Shown here piece by piece: positions 1 through 11,634 of a stretch of DNA of 64,000 nt. The notes beneath the pieces are model-generated. The model was not told the origin of the DNA. It made no database searches and saw nothing but the letters and a program-made list of their open reading frames with translations. How positions within the stretch are numbered: position 1 is the stretch's first letter; every line of letters begins with the position of its first letter. The stretch is from Octopus sinensis (taxonomy: Eukaryota), in contig NW_021834487.1 in the NCBI RefSeq assembly GCF_006345805.1, positions 299,799 through 363,798 on the forward strand, in the 5' to 3' direction. A program made the translations under genes and the position numbers.

Positions 1-499
1 GGAAAAGAAATGTTACAATAATAAATGTGGGGAAAAAAAACGTAGATGGTAAGTATAATTACGAGTGTAACGCAACTAATTGGGTTTTTTTTTTAAATAT
101 GAATTGAACTGCAAATGAACTGAGAATTGAACTTGTGTTATTTGTCTGTGAAATTTAAAATGTAAAAAAAAAAAGGAAAAAGTAACGACTGGAAAAAAAA
201 GATAAAATAGAAAAAGAAAATACAAAGACTAATGTGAACAATTAATGATAAATTCTACGATATTGATAAGAAGACCATCACGGTTTCGCCTCACAGTGAG
301 AACCGATGGTATTGAGAATTAATGTGAAAAATTTCACAATTCGTCTCTCTGCGAGAGTGAATCGAACAGCTTCATTCTCATTAATTATTAATCACTCCAT
401 CAATCATACATCATTTGTTTTATGTTCCCGTTTTGCCTTGTTTTCTCCCCTCTATGTAATCAGGCCATTATGCCTATAATAAAGAGAAAAGGACACGAT

Positions 500-549
500 A
501 ACCTGAACTGATGATTGACAATACCCAGAAACATGCATGTATTCAGGTT
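500..549 (+). ncRNA. Type I hammerhead ribozyme motif (minimal, PLE/retrozyme-like)
   Basis: Stem I AACCTGAA(500-507)/TTCAGGTT(542-549); core CTGATGA(508-514); GAAA(528-531); palindromic stem III CATGCATG; GUA cleavage triplet (539-541). Stem II (TTGA-CAATA-CCCA) has two mismatches. Confidence 0.7.
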
Positions 550-782
550 GCTGTTCCTAGCTGGTGGGCGTGCTTGCCTCCCCTTTGCGAATATAAGGAC
601 ACAGAAAATGTGTCAAAGCCGACAGGAAGCGTCGATGCTTCCTAGGGCTATATAGCGGTGGTGTAATTCCCTCTACGGGACTGTCACGTTATGTTGACTT
701 TATACAACCACTTTATCGCTCCACCACCGCTCATGTCTCGTTGAGACATTTAGAAATTCATTATTTCTAATATATATATTTC

Positions 783-847
<65 letters not shown>

Positions 848-849
<2 letters not shown>

Positions 850-1050
850 TTTTATTCTTTTACCTGTTTAGACAGTTGACACTGGAGCACCGCCTTTAGT
901 CAAACAAATCAACTCCAAAACTTATTTTTGCAAGCCTAGTACTTATTCTATTGGTCTCCTTTGCCGAAACGCTAAGTTACGGTAAGGTAAACACAGTAAC
1001 ATCGGTTGTCAAGCGATGGTGGGGGACAAACACCGACACACGAATACATA
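848..1050 (-). mobile_element. SINE family A, 3' module only
   Basis: Matches the tail of full copies at 10334, 11232 and 32318 (CTGGAGCACCGCCTTTAGTC...GTACTTATTCTAT...CATCGGTTGTCAAGCGATG...GGACAAACAC). Confidence 0.8.
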
Positions 1051-1099
1051 CATATATATATAATATATATATAAGTTAAATTTTCTATCAAGGATCAGT

Positions 1100-1405
1100 A
1101 CATTATATATCACTGAGATCACCATGACTGATCAGGCTATCAGATGTTGCTACATGTCGCTGGTCACAATGCGCTTTGCATTGTTTTAGCATTGAAATGA
1201 TGCCATCCCACTGGCTAAGTGACCAGGCCAACAGAAGAAAGAGTGAGAGAAAGCTGTGGCGAAAGTGTACAGCAGGGTTCACCACCAACCCCTGCCGAAG
1301 CCTCGAGGAGCTTTAGGTGTTTTCGCTCAATAAACTCTCACAACGACCGGTCAGGGAATCGCAACCGCGAGTCCGCTGCCCTAACCACTGGGCCACTGCG
1401 CCTCC
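1100..1405 (-). mobile_element. tRNA-derived SINE, head type D with tail type 1
   Basis: Minus strand begins GGAGGCGCAGTGGCCCAGTGGTTAGGGCAGCGGACTCGCGGTTGCGATTCCC (tRNA-like head). Body is shared with the 4881 copy; the 3' tail differs. Confidence 0.75.
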
Positions 1406-1424
1406 ACACACACATATATCGAAA

Positions 1425-1580
1425 TTGCGAGGTTATCCGGTTCTTGATTGAAGATAAAAGGCTTCGAGTGACCCGTCCGTGTTTTTTTGTATCGTCTATC
1501 TGGATGTTTTTTTGTCCCCTTTTGTATCACTTAGTTGTTCGGATGTTTTGGGTTCTTGTCCTATTTTGCATTTTATTTTA
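1425..1580 (+). repeat. Dispersed repeat P2 (pLTR-like); other copies at about 23790-23915 and 63605-63770
   Basis: Shared CCGAAATT..GAT(C)CGGTTCTTGACTGA(A/T)GA..GGCTTCGA.TGTCC.GTCCGTGTTTT..TGT.TCGTCTTCT in three copies, all on + and next to (TA)n. Confidence 0.6.
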
Positions 1581-1654
1581 TATATATATACATATATATA
1601 TAATATATATATATGCATCCACACATATATATATATGTATATATATATGTTATA

Positions 1655-1691
<37 letters not shown>

Positions 1692-1702
<11 letters not shown>

Positions 1703-2020
1703 TATTAGAGACAAAACCACTATTTTGCAAACAAACAAGGAAAGACTTAAACAATACATAAAATTTTAATAAATAGTCCAAAAAAACCGCCACTACAATT
1801 GTTCTTCTTGTCTGATCGACAATCTCAGGTGGACTTCCAATAAGTCAGTTTCAAATTAAATTTGAAACTGACTATTGGAAGTCCACCTGAAGATTGTCGA
1901 TCAGACAAGAAACAATTGTAGTGCGGTTTTTTTGACTATTTATTAAAATTTTATGTATTGATTAAGTCTTTCCTTGTTTGTTTTGCAAAATAGTGGTTTT
2001 GTCTCTATAATATTTTATAT
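1692..2020. mobile_element. About 330 bp near-perfect palindrome of PLE pseudo-LTR type
   Basis: Arms of about 165 bp centred near 1858 (TCAAAT-TAA-ATTTGA), abutting a (TA)n tract. The right arm carries a hammerhead core. Confidence 0.8.
1884..1923 (+). ncRNA. Type I minimal hammerhead ribozyme
   Basis: CAC / CTGAAGA(1887-1893) / TTGTC-gatca-GACAA / GAAA(1909-1912) / palindromic CAATTG / TA(1919-1920) / GTG. All core nucleotides are present; stem I is only 3 bp. Confidence 0.75.
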
Positions 2021-2087
2021 TTTACTATAAAATTGATTTAATCCTAAATCTGATTTTTTCCCTGTAATTTGGATTTATTCCCTAATA

Positions 2088-2136
<49 letters not shown>

Positions 2137-3789
2137 ATGTATATATGTATGTATGTATATATATATATACGTATGTATATGTACAACGCTGAATATTCGT
2201 TAATAAAGGAATCATGAGCCAGTTTAACTTAACATACTGGCGGAGGGGGGTTCCTTTAAGTCCCTGTCTTTATAACCGTCACGATGCAGTACCGTGTCGA
2301 AAGGAACTATTTTTATTTTGAAACTGACACCTATTTTTTGAAGTGAGCGATATTTTTTTTCTTTCCGATCCCACAAGCGTTATCTTATTACAAAAGCTAC
2401 ATATAATGGTATCTGTCAACTTTGGTAAAAACTAGTGAAACAGAAGAATCCGAGAAATCGTGGGATGATCTGGTCTGCATTGGCAGAAACGATCTTCTTT
2501 CAATTTTTTTTTTTTTGTGTTTTATGAGATAATATGATTTGCTTTCTAAAACGGCGAAAGAATTTTCACTTATTTGAAACCAAACCATCAGCCCTTCAAC
2601 GATAAAAAAAAATATCAAAATAAATTTTTTTAATTGTTTCATTTATTATTCTAATTTTTTATTTTATTTTCTCTTATACTTGATTTTTTGTATTACGTTG
2701 TATTTTTTGTTTCTTTTTGCTCCTTAAAATAACTCACCATCTTAAGAGTAATACCAGTACAACAGTATAATTTGATATCAATGCTCCTGTAGACTAACTA
2801 CCCAGAGGTCTTTTCTTCAACTCTTCACGTTATTTGATGTCAAGGACTTTTCACACAAATATCTTTAATGTTATTTGATATCAAGTCTTCTAAAATAACA
2901 ATCGATTAAATCTCCACTATATTGCATGGAAGGGTAATTTCTTCCATGTTTAAAAATAAAAAAGAATGCAATCTCAAAACATAGAAGCGTTAGAGTGTTC
3001 TAACGAAACAAAATCTCGCATTATTTCTTCTGGTTTATTGTATTCAGCGTTCATATCCTGCTGAGGTCATTTTGGATTTTATCCTTTCGGGGTCGAACAA
3101 ATAGCGTACCAGTGCTAAGAATGATGTAATGAACTAAACGCTTCCCTTAAAATCACTAGTCATCCATTTAGATTTTTAAAAATCTATTTTCATATCTAGA
3201 TTTATCATGTCTTGTCGTCATTAATATATATTTGCTTAAGGCGGTGGGCTGGTTGGATAAGGTAAGTACGCGGTTGATCACTCCCGTAGATGTCATCGGC
3301 TTACCCCTCCCACCGAAATTTCTGGCCCTGTGCCAAATTTTGCAGCAATTATTATATATTTTTGTAAGGCGGTGAGATGTTAAAATCCTCAGCACACACA
3401 GCAAAATCCTTAATAGCTTTTTGTCTCGCTTTAAGTTGTGGTTTCAGATTCTTCCGAGGTAGACATTGTCTTTCATCTTTTCGGGATAGATAGAATAAGT
3501 ACCAGTTGAATTCTCGGGTCGATGTAATTGGCTTATCACCTCCTCCAAACTTGCTGGCCTTGTGCCAAAATTTGAAGCTGGATAATATGCTTAGCACAAT
3601 TCACACTTGCTTTATGTTCTGAGTTCAAATTTTACTTCGGTCATCTTTCCCTTTCATTCTTTTGGGTCGATAAGTAACAGTTGAGCACCGGAGTCGATGT
3701 AATCAACTAGCCTCATCCTCTAAAATTTCAGCCATTGTGCCTATAATAGAAGGGATAATAATGTATGTGTGTTTGTACCTATATCATTA

Positions 3790-3975
3790 TTTACATAATA
3801 CTACCTTCGAAACACGCGATGAGACGAAACAGGGGCAGCTGAAGAAGGGGAATGTTCCTTGTGTTGTTTGTCTTGTACTCTGTTTTTTCGTTGTTAAAAA
3901 AAAGTCCGTTTCCTTGTTTGGTTTTATGTTTTCGTTTCTCGTTGTGTTCTACGTTTATTTGTGGTGTCATGTACT
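3790..3975 (+). repeat. Dispersed repeat P1 (pLTR-like); other copies at 36600-36810 (+) and 46935-47150 (-)
   Basis: Shared GCTGAAGAAGGGG..TGTTCCTTGTGTTGTTTGTCTTGTACTCT..TTTGGTTT..TGTTTTCGTTTCTC.TTGTGTTC.ACG..GGTGTC.TGTAC.CATATATGC. Confidence 0.7.
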
Positions 3976-4108
3976 CATATATACATGTATATATACATAT
4001 AGATGTAGGTATGTACATATATGTATGTATGCATATGTTTTATTTATTAAATTGTTATTATATATATATATATATATATATAATATAAATAAACATATAT
4101 ATGCATGT

Positions 4109-4147
<39 letters not shown>

Positions 4148-4181
4148 TAAACATATATATATATATATATGCATGTTTGTG

Positions 4182-4233
<52 letters not shown>

Positions 4234-4880
4234 CACATATATACATACATATGTTCGTGAGCCTTTCTCTTTGTGTGAACGCTTGTGTATGTGTAAATAT
4301 GTATTTATGTATATGGAATGGATTCGAGACTTCTCGTTGGTGCACAATGAAAAGAGATAAAAAATATTAAAAACAATCAAAGAACAAGTGGTAAACAAAA
4401 TTCTAATCGAATCTGGTCATTACAAGCGTGACTCTGAGTACAAAAAAAAATTACATTAGCTTCACCTGTATTACTCGCCAAGAGTGCTTCGTTATCCGAT
4501 CTAGAGAAAGATATGAGGAGTAAGCACCAGTTCCTTACTTAAAGATACTTTGTATGTGTTTTGTAACCTACATATTTAAACCAATTTCCAACTTATCTGC
4601 AATCACTACGTCTCATTATGTTTGTCAATAGGCGTCATCTTCCAATTTACTCATGAACAATGTATATATACATATATATATATGCTTGTATGCGTGCGTT
4701 TGAGTATGTGCGGGGTCACGTATATACCAGTGCAATTAGTTCACCCTTTCCTATAAGTACAGACAAAAAATATACAATAAATAAATGCATATGTAAATTT
4801 ATATATATATATATAGATAGATAGATAGATGGATAGACACAAACATAAATATATTCATATATATATATGTGTGTGTGGTG

Positions 4881-5239
4881 GAAGCACTCTGTCTGTTACG
4901 ACGATGAGGTTTCCGGTTGATCCGATCAACGGAACAGCCTGCTCGTGAAATTAACGTGTAAGTGGCTGAGCACTCCACAGACACGTGTACCCTTAACGTA
5001 GTTCTCGGGGATATTCAGCGTGACACAGAGAGTGACAAGGCCGGCCCTTTGAAATACAGGTACAACAGAAACAGGAAGTAAGAGTGAGAGAAAGTTGTGG
5101 TGAAAGAGTACAGCAGAAATCACCACCATCCCTGCCGGAGCCTCGTGGAGCTTTAGGTGTTTTCGCTCAATAAACACTCACAACGCCTGGTCTGGGAATC
5201 GAAACCGCGATCCTACGACCACTGGGCCATTGCGCCTCC
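4881..5239 (-). mobile_element. tRNA-derived SINE, head type D with family B tail
   Basis: Head and body match the 1100-1405 copy. The tail (GTACCTGTATTTCAAAGGGCC..CTACGTTAAGGGTACACGTGTCTGTGGAGTGCTCAGCCAC..GTCGTAAC) matches the SINE at 52605. Confidence 0.8.
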
Positions 5240-5250
5240 AATATATATAT

Positions 5251-5378
5251 ATATTGGAATATGTGTAATATCTTTGGTACAGTTGGGTATATTTGAAAGC
5301 AAAGAATGACTTCGCTGGTAGTTTTGATCATTTTAATTTTCTTTTTAATAATATAAGTTATAGTTCATAAATCTAGTA
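5251..5378 (+). repeat. About 125 bp direct repeat with 6843-6966
   Basis: Both copies read ATATTGG..ATGTGTAATATC.TTG.TAC..TTGGGTATATTTGAAA..AAAGAATGACTTCGCTGGTAGTT..TTAATTTTCTTTTTAATAATATAAGTTATAGTTCATAAATCT and follow (TA)n. Confidence 0.85.
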
Positions 5379-6777
5379 TATATATATTTGTATGTATGTT
5401 ATATATACAAACATTTCTGTACTAATCCCTCCACCGTAGTGGGGTGTGTATATGTAATAGTTTGATTCGACTCCATGTGACGTAAAACTTTGCAGGCCTT
5501 TAGCAGGCCTCAGATTACAGATATCTGCAAATATACGTACATATATGTGTGTGTGTGTTACGATACATGTGTCAATAGATGCGTATGTGTGTGTGTATAT
5601 CGAATTGTGGGTCACCGTTTTGCCTCCACTTATTTTCAGTGACAGCTGAAGGTAAATGCTTGCTTATGAAAAGTCACTGAAATTCTATATATCGTTGGAA
5701 GTAAAATACGACTGGTATGCAGCTACTGACGTCTGCAAATGAGATAGCGTACGTCGACATCACGTGTCCTGTCAGTTGTGCTGCCTGTAGGAGGGGTTTC
5801 TCGTCTGTCAATGGTATAAGTGAGTGATTTTATGCACCATGTGACCACATGAGAGGACATCTAGGCAAATAACGCAGTATTCGATGTTGTAACCTGACGT
5901 CTAGGTTACATTGGTTATAAAGATTGCTTTATCTCTCTCCACTTCTGTCTCACTCACTCCCTCTCCCCCTCTCTCTCTATATATGTGTATATATATATAT
6001 GTATATATATGTATATGTATAGATATATGTATATGTATATACATATATAATCTATATATATATGTGTGTATAAATATATAAGTATTTATATAGATATAAT
6101 TCTACATTTGTGTGTGTGTGTGTGTGTGTGTGTGTTAAATAAAATGAGACAAAAAAGCCAAGACTGTGTAGAATTTTCAGGACATTTATAAAGAGAAAGT
6201 TAGTCTTACAGCTGTTTTCTGGGATATCCTTTCATTTGAGACGATGTGAGATGATTAAATAGAGGGAAATAGTAAAGTTCAATATGAGGAGTTATTTTGG
6301 AAAAGGAAGGAAATAAGAAGTATCCAGAGAAACAAAGGAATAAAAGTAAAAATAAAAATATATGTAGGATGTTATAGTTGCAGGTCCATTATCCAAAGAA
6401 ACCGGTGTGTAGAAGAGGTAGAAATGTCTTTTGTTCATGGTATGTAAATTCCGATAGGATTTCATAATTTTCATTACAAATGGAAAGCGTGGAAACGTAG
6501 ATACCCTGTGCTATTCATTCAAAGGGGCATTGTGCCGTAATTGAAATTTTGAGAATATAGTGGTAGTTTTAAGTAGAAAGAGAGGAGAGAAAAGATGTGT
6601 ATATTAAAATGAGGAGAATGGTCAAAAGGAATAGGTGAGGAAATAAGAAAGACAGAAAAAGGAGGAGAAAATGAAAAATTACAAAACGAAAAGGAGTACG
6701 TATATATATATATATAAATATATACACATATATACACATATATATATATACCTATATATATACACATATATATATAC

Positions 6778-6849
<72 letters not shown>

Positions 6850-6965
6850 CAAATGTGTAATATCCTTGTTACCTTGGGTATATTTGAAAAAAAGAATGAC
6901 TTCGCTGGTAGTTCCGTTCAGGTTAATTTTCTTTTTAATAATATAAGTTATAGTTCATAAATCTC

Positions 6966-7051
<86 letters not shown>

Positions 7052-9846
7052 ATGTATGTACGTACGCATGCATGTATGTATGTAAGTATGTATGTATGCG
7101 TATATGTATATGATAATTTCAGATGTGTGCATGTGTTGGCTTATGTCTCAGTATGAGCTTAAGGAGGCTCTTCTGCTGAAGGAAGCCGTACTTCCACAGT
7201 AATGTGTGTTTCAATAGACGAATAATCTTGTTGTGCCTGTCACATCACCGGAAATGTTTGACCGTAATCGTCGTTGTAACTCCACGATTGACTTCATCCA
7301 TCATGAGTAAAATCATCGACAAGGAAGAACGGAAGCCATCATAATATTTTAGTTTACCATGTTATAATTTCGTTTTTTTATTTGCACGTGCAGCATATGA
7401 CATATTAAAATGGTTGCAGTTCTCGCACTTATATGAAAATAACTTGATAAAATGCAAAATTTCGTAAAGAAATTAATGTTTAACCATTTTCTTATAAAAT
7501 GTTTTCCTAAAATTTGAACTTCCCAATTTCATTAGTTTCTAAGATACCGTAGCGTACAAGTAATAAAATTGAGAATGCTTGCAAAATTTCTAAACAAAAA
7601 AAATAGAGCGCACCACTTTGCTATAATTGTAACCGTCACTCCCAGCGGGTAAATTTTTCGCCTTTAGCATTTCTGTAAGGGTAAACAACATTTTAGCATT
7701 TTATTAGATTCTTCAGGCCATCATCAAAAGCACTAACATTATGGAGTGAAAAAATAAGGGTACGTTTAAGAATAGTTTTCTTTCTGTATGTAATTTTGAA
7801 ATTCTACAATGATTGAATGCAAACGTAAAAAAACATGAAGTATATAACTAATAATGGGGATATAAATAAATGTAGAAATATGGGATATATAATTCATGTT
7901 GTATTCTTGATTCTCCTCTATAATCAAAAGCATTTCAAACGTAACAAACCCATCATTTTAATAAGGATGTATGACTACATTATATATACACCGGTTTTTA
8001 AACTGAAAAATAAAAGAACCCACGAGCAAAATTCATTGTAAAAGTTTTACCTTATCCCTGAAAGGCCAAATTTTATAGTTCTTTCTGCGCAATAGTTTTG
8101 GAGAAGTTGTAAAGTTTGAAAACTATCTTCTGTTTACTAGAGAAGGCACTTACCTTATAACCTCATAAAGCTGTCTATCACTGGTGTGTTGTGTCTTTTC
8201 TTGAAGTCAAGCAATAAAGCCTGATTTGAAATAGAATTGGCTTCTATTTCTAGTAGGTTATGCGATCAGGTAGAGACCTCCTCGCAATAGTTATTGTTTT
8301 CCTATTGAACGTCACATATGTATCTATTTGAAAACTGGAAGTTTAGGAGATGGCTAGGCGGCCAGTTGATGTGATTACGGGTTCGATCTCACTCCCACCA
8401 CGAGCAAGAGTCTTCTCCGGTTGACGAACCAATACATTTTGATAGAAATTAAGTAGCTGGAAACTGAGAAACCAATCGCATAACTCATAAATCATAAGTC
8501 ATATACACACACAACACAAATACATATGCGCACACACACATGCATACGTACATATGCATACGCACATACGTATACAAGCACACGCATTTAGGTTCCCGTG
8601 TATTTGTTCCTAATAACAATACTTACAGATACAAACTGAAGCACTGACTACTTTTAAAAGTAGATTGTTAAATTCTTTATTCAGGTTGTCGTCATTACAT
8701 GAAAACATGATTAAATCTGTGAACTATAGAGACTTAGATAAATTCCAGAGTGTGTGTTTTTAGTAAACACGCATTTAGCATTCCTCTGGGAAGTAAAGAG
8801 AGTGATAAATTTATACATTTTTTTTTTATCTGTGCAATCACAAAAGAAAATTGGATTTACTAACGTCTCATCAAAATTTGGTTACTTATTCCTGTCCACA
8901 GAGATACTAGTCGCTTATAACTATGTACGTAACATACAAACTCGAAGAAAATTAAATCGAGCTGCTTATTTGTTAACAATGGTTGTGGTTGGCAACATGT
9001 AGTCTATTGTCTTTTCCCTGAACAGTTTAACTTATCGTTAACTGATGTTGGAGTAGATTTCTTATAATCTTCCTCAAGATAGACATTTTGGAATGTGCTT
9101 CAATGAAAACAGGTGATAAAATTCTCATATTTGAATGTTGTTTCACTATTATTTAATAAATTTGTATTTTCTCCAGGACCGAGACATTGCACAGTAGCTT
9201 CTCGTAATTCAATTGACTATACAGATGAGTCGTTGAGACTATTGAACGACCACGTTGTACTTGCTTGGTGAGAGAATGTCTCACATAGACATAAATATTT
9301 TACTTAACAGATTTCCATCCATCAGCTGTCGACTGGATATAAAACAGTGATTTCGACACCTTCCGACACCATCGTGATTGGCTAGAAATATTGAGATTTC
9401 TTTGGCCTACATTTTAGAATGCAGATTCTCATAACCTTGCAATCAACCTGAACAGCTGTAAACATTCAGCCCTTCTCTGACTCCGTTACCACTTCCTGAA
9501 ATCTGTCTCAAAATGTTGTTTTTCCTTTCTAGATAACGATTTTTAAAAGCCCTTCTTTGCTAAGCAGATTGATTCATATCTAGAAATATACAGTGCAAGG
9601 TATTGTTAGCTCTGAGACCATCTACTCTTTTAAAGCTAAAAGGGTGCGACTGAAGGTGTAGAAAAATAACATATTTCTGATTACCGTGGTATTCTTCTTG
9701 AAATTCTGTCAATCACCCTCGTAAATGTTTAGCACCCTATGGCCATTTTTTGTGTGATAGGTCCTCGTTATGTGTAAGTGTGTATGTGTGCGTGCGTGCG
9801 TGTGTATATGTATGTATATGTATATATGTATGTATATGTATGTATG

Positions 9847-9878
<32 letters not shown>

Positions 9879-10333
9879 TGTATGTATAAATGCATCAGAG
9901 GCGACGCCAGATCATCAGCGTCACTCGGTCTTATCACAGATTTCACGTAAGACACTTGCCTGCTCGAAGAATTTAACGTTTACTCGCAATATTTCTAGCC
10001 CCAAATGGCTTATTTTTTTTACATCTAGCACTAGGTATTTCTTCATTCCTAGGTTAAGGGTAAAAATATAGCAACCCTGCAAAACACAACTGATCTTTTC
10101 ACAGAGAGGCACAGAATAACAGCAACGAAATAACAACAGCGGGGTGCACAACAAACGGCAGCGTTCTGACTATCGCTTGTACTCTTGACAAGAGATGCCA
10201 GTTTGTCTTTTTTTACCTATCAGGCTCGTTCGTATCAGCCGAGTTGCTGGATAAATTTTCGCTCCTTTCAGCATATTGTAGAACGGAAACTTTTCATAAT
10301 TTGGGATTTAAATCCTAATCTCTATAGAAATTT

Positions 10334-10753
10334 ATTCTTTACTCTTTCTTTACTCTTTTACTTGTTTCAGTCATTTGACTGCGGCCATGCTGGAGCACCA
10401 CCTTTAGTCGAGCAAATCGACCCCGGGACTTATTCTTTGTAAGCCCAGTACTTATTCTATCGGTCTCTTTTTTACCGAACCGCTAAGTAACGGGGACGTA
10501 AACACACCAGCATCGGTTGTCAAGCAATGCTAGGGGGACAAACACAGACACACAAACACACACACATATATATATATATATACATATATACGACGGGCTT
10601 CTTTCAGTTTCCGTCTACCAAATCCACTCACAATGCATTGGTCGACCCGGGGCTATAGCAGAAGACACTCGCCCAAGATGCCACGCAGTGGGACTGAACC
10701 TGGAACCATGTGGTTGGTTAGCAAGCTACTTACCACACAGCCACTCCTGCGCC
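10334..10753 (-). mobile_element. tRNA-derived SINE family A, full length (CORE-like body, microsatellite linker, second module, AGTAAAAG tail)
   Basis: Minus head GGCGCAGGAGTGGCTGTGTGGTAAGTAGC..GGTTCCAGGTTCAGTCCC (A/B boxes), then GGCATCTTGGGCGAGTGTCTT. Resembles the octopus OK/OR-type SINEs; I did not assign an exact family name. Confidence 0.9.
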
Positions 10754-11231
10754 TATTGTTTCAAGAAAACATAGAATTTGAATTACTTTTAATTTTTACA
10801 ATTATAGATAACAACACGGGCTGTAACTTCTGAGCATGTGTCAGGCACGTGTAAACGATGTCGCGAGAACGTCTGCTACGAATGATAGTTTTTGACACAG
10901 GGACTGCTAAGACGATCACCAGACGCTGAACGAAAATAAATGAACTGCGACCAGGCTGAATAAAAGTTACTGGCTGAAATTACTTACTTGAAGTCAGTGT
11001 TAGCAGAAATTAAATCAGCTTGCAAATGCAGGTTCATTTACAAAATTTATACTCGTGCCAAGCCGGAACGGCCTGGGTGCCGGAGTTACCACTAATATGT
11101 ATATTTATACGTATTTATGTATCTGCATATGTATGTGTGTTTGTGTGTATATATAATCACACACTTACACATGGGCGTTATACTTCTAGCCGTGTGTGTG
11201 TGGCGGGGTAGGTGTCTATGTGTGTGTGTAT

Positions 11232-11634
11232 ACTCTTTTACTCTTTTACCCTTTTACTTGTTTCAGTCATTTGACTGCGTCCAGCTGGAGCACCGCCTTT
11301 AGTCGAGCAAATCGACCTCAGACCTTATTCTTTGTAAGACTAGTACTTATTCTATCGGTCTCGTTTGCTGAACCGCTAGGTTACGGGGACGTAAACACAC
11401 CAACATCGGTTGTCCAGCGATGTTCGGTAGACAAACACAGACACACAAACACACACATATATATACCTATACAAATATACGACGAGCTTCTTTCAGTTTC
11501 CGTCTACCAAATCCACTCACAAGGCTTTGGTCGGCCCGAGGCAATAGTAGAAGACACTTGCCCAAGGTGCCACGCAGTGGGACTGAACCCGGAACCATGT
11601 TGGTAAGCAAGCTACTTACCACAGAGCCACTCCT
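11232..11634 (-). mobile_element. SINE family A, full length
   Basis: Collinear with the 10334-10753 copy. Confidence 0.9.

Noticed and set aside
3805-3855. Hammerhead-like words in repeat P1 (CTTCGAAAC...CTGAAGAAGG)
   Set aside because: GAAA precedes CUGAAGA and I could not build stems I and III in any of the three copies.
7380-8110. AT-rich segment with MITE-like internal words
   Set aside because: No terminal inverted repeats or TSD could be identified.
8680-9535. Six polypyrimidine-AG acceptor-like sites and a 91 nt open candidate exon (9177-9267, PRHCTVASRNSIDYTDESLRLLNDHVVLA)
   Set aside because: Neighbouring candidates have stops in all usable frames, no consistent exon chain forms, and the peptide is unrecognised. 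RNA-seq would be needed.
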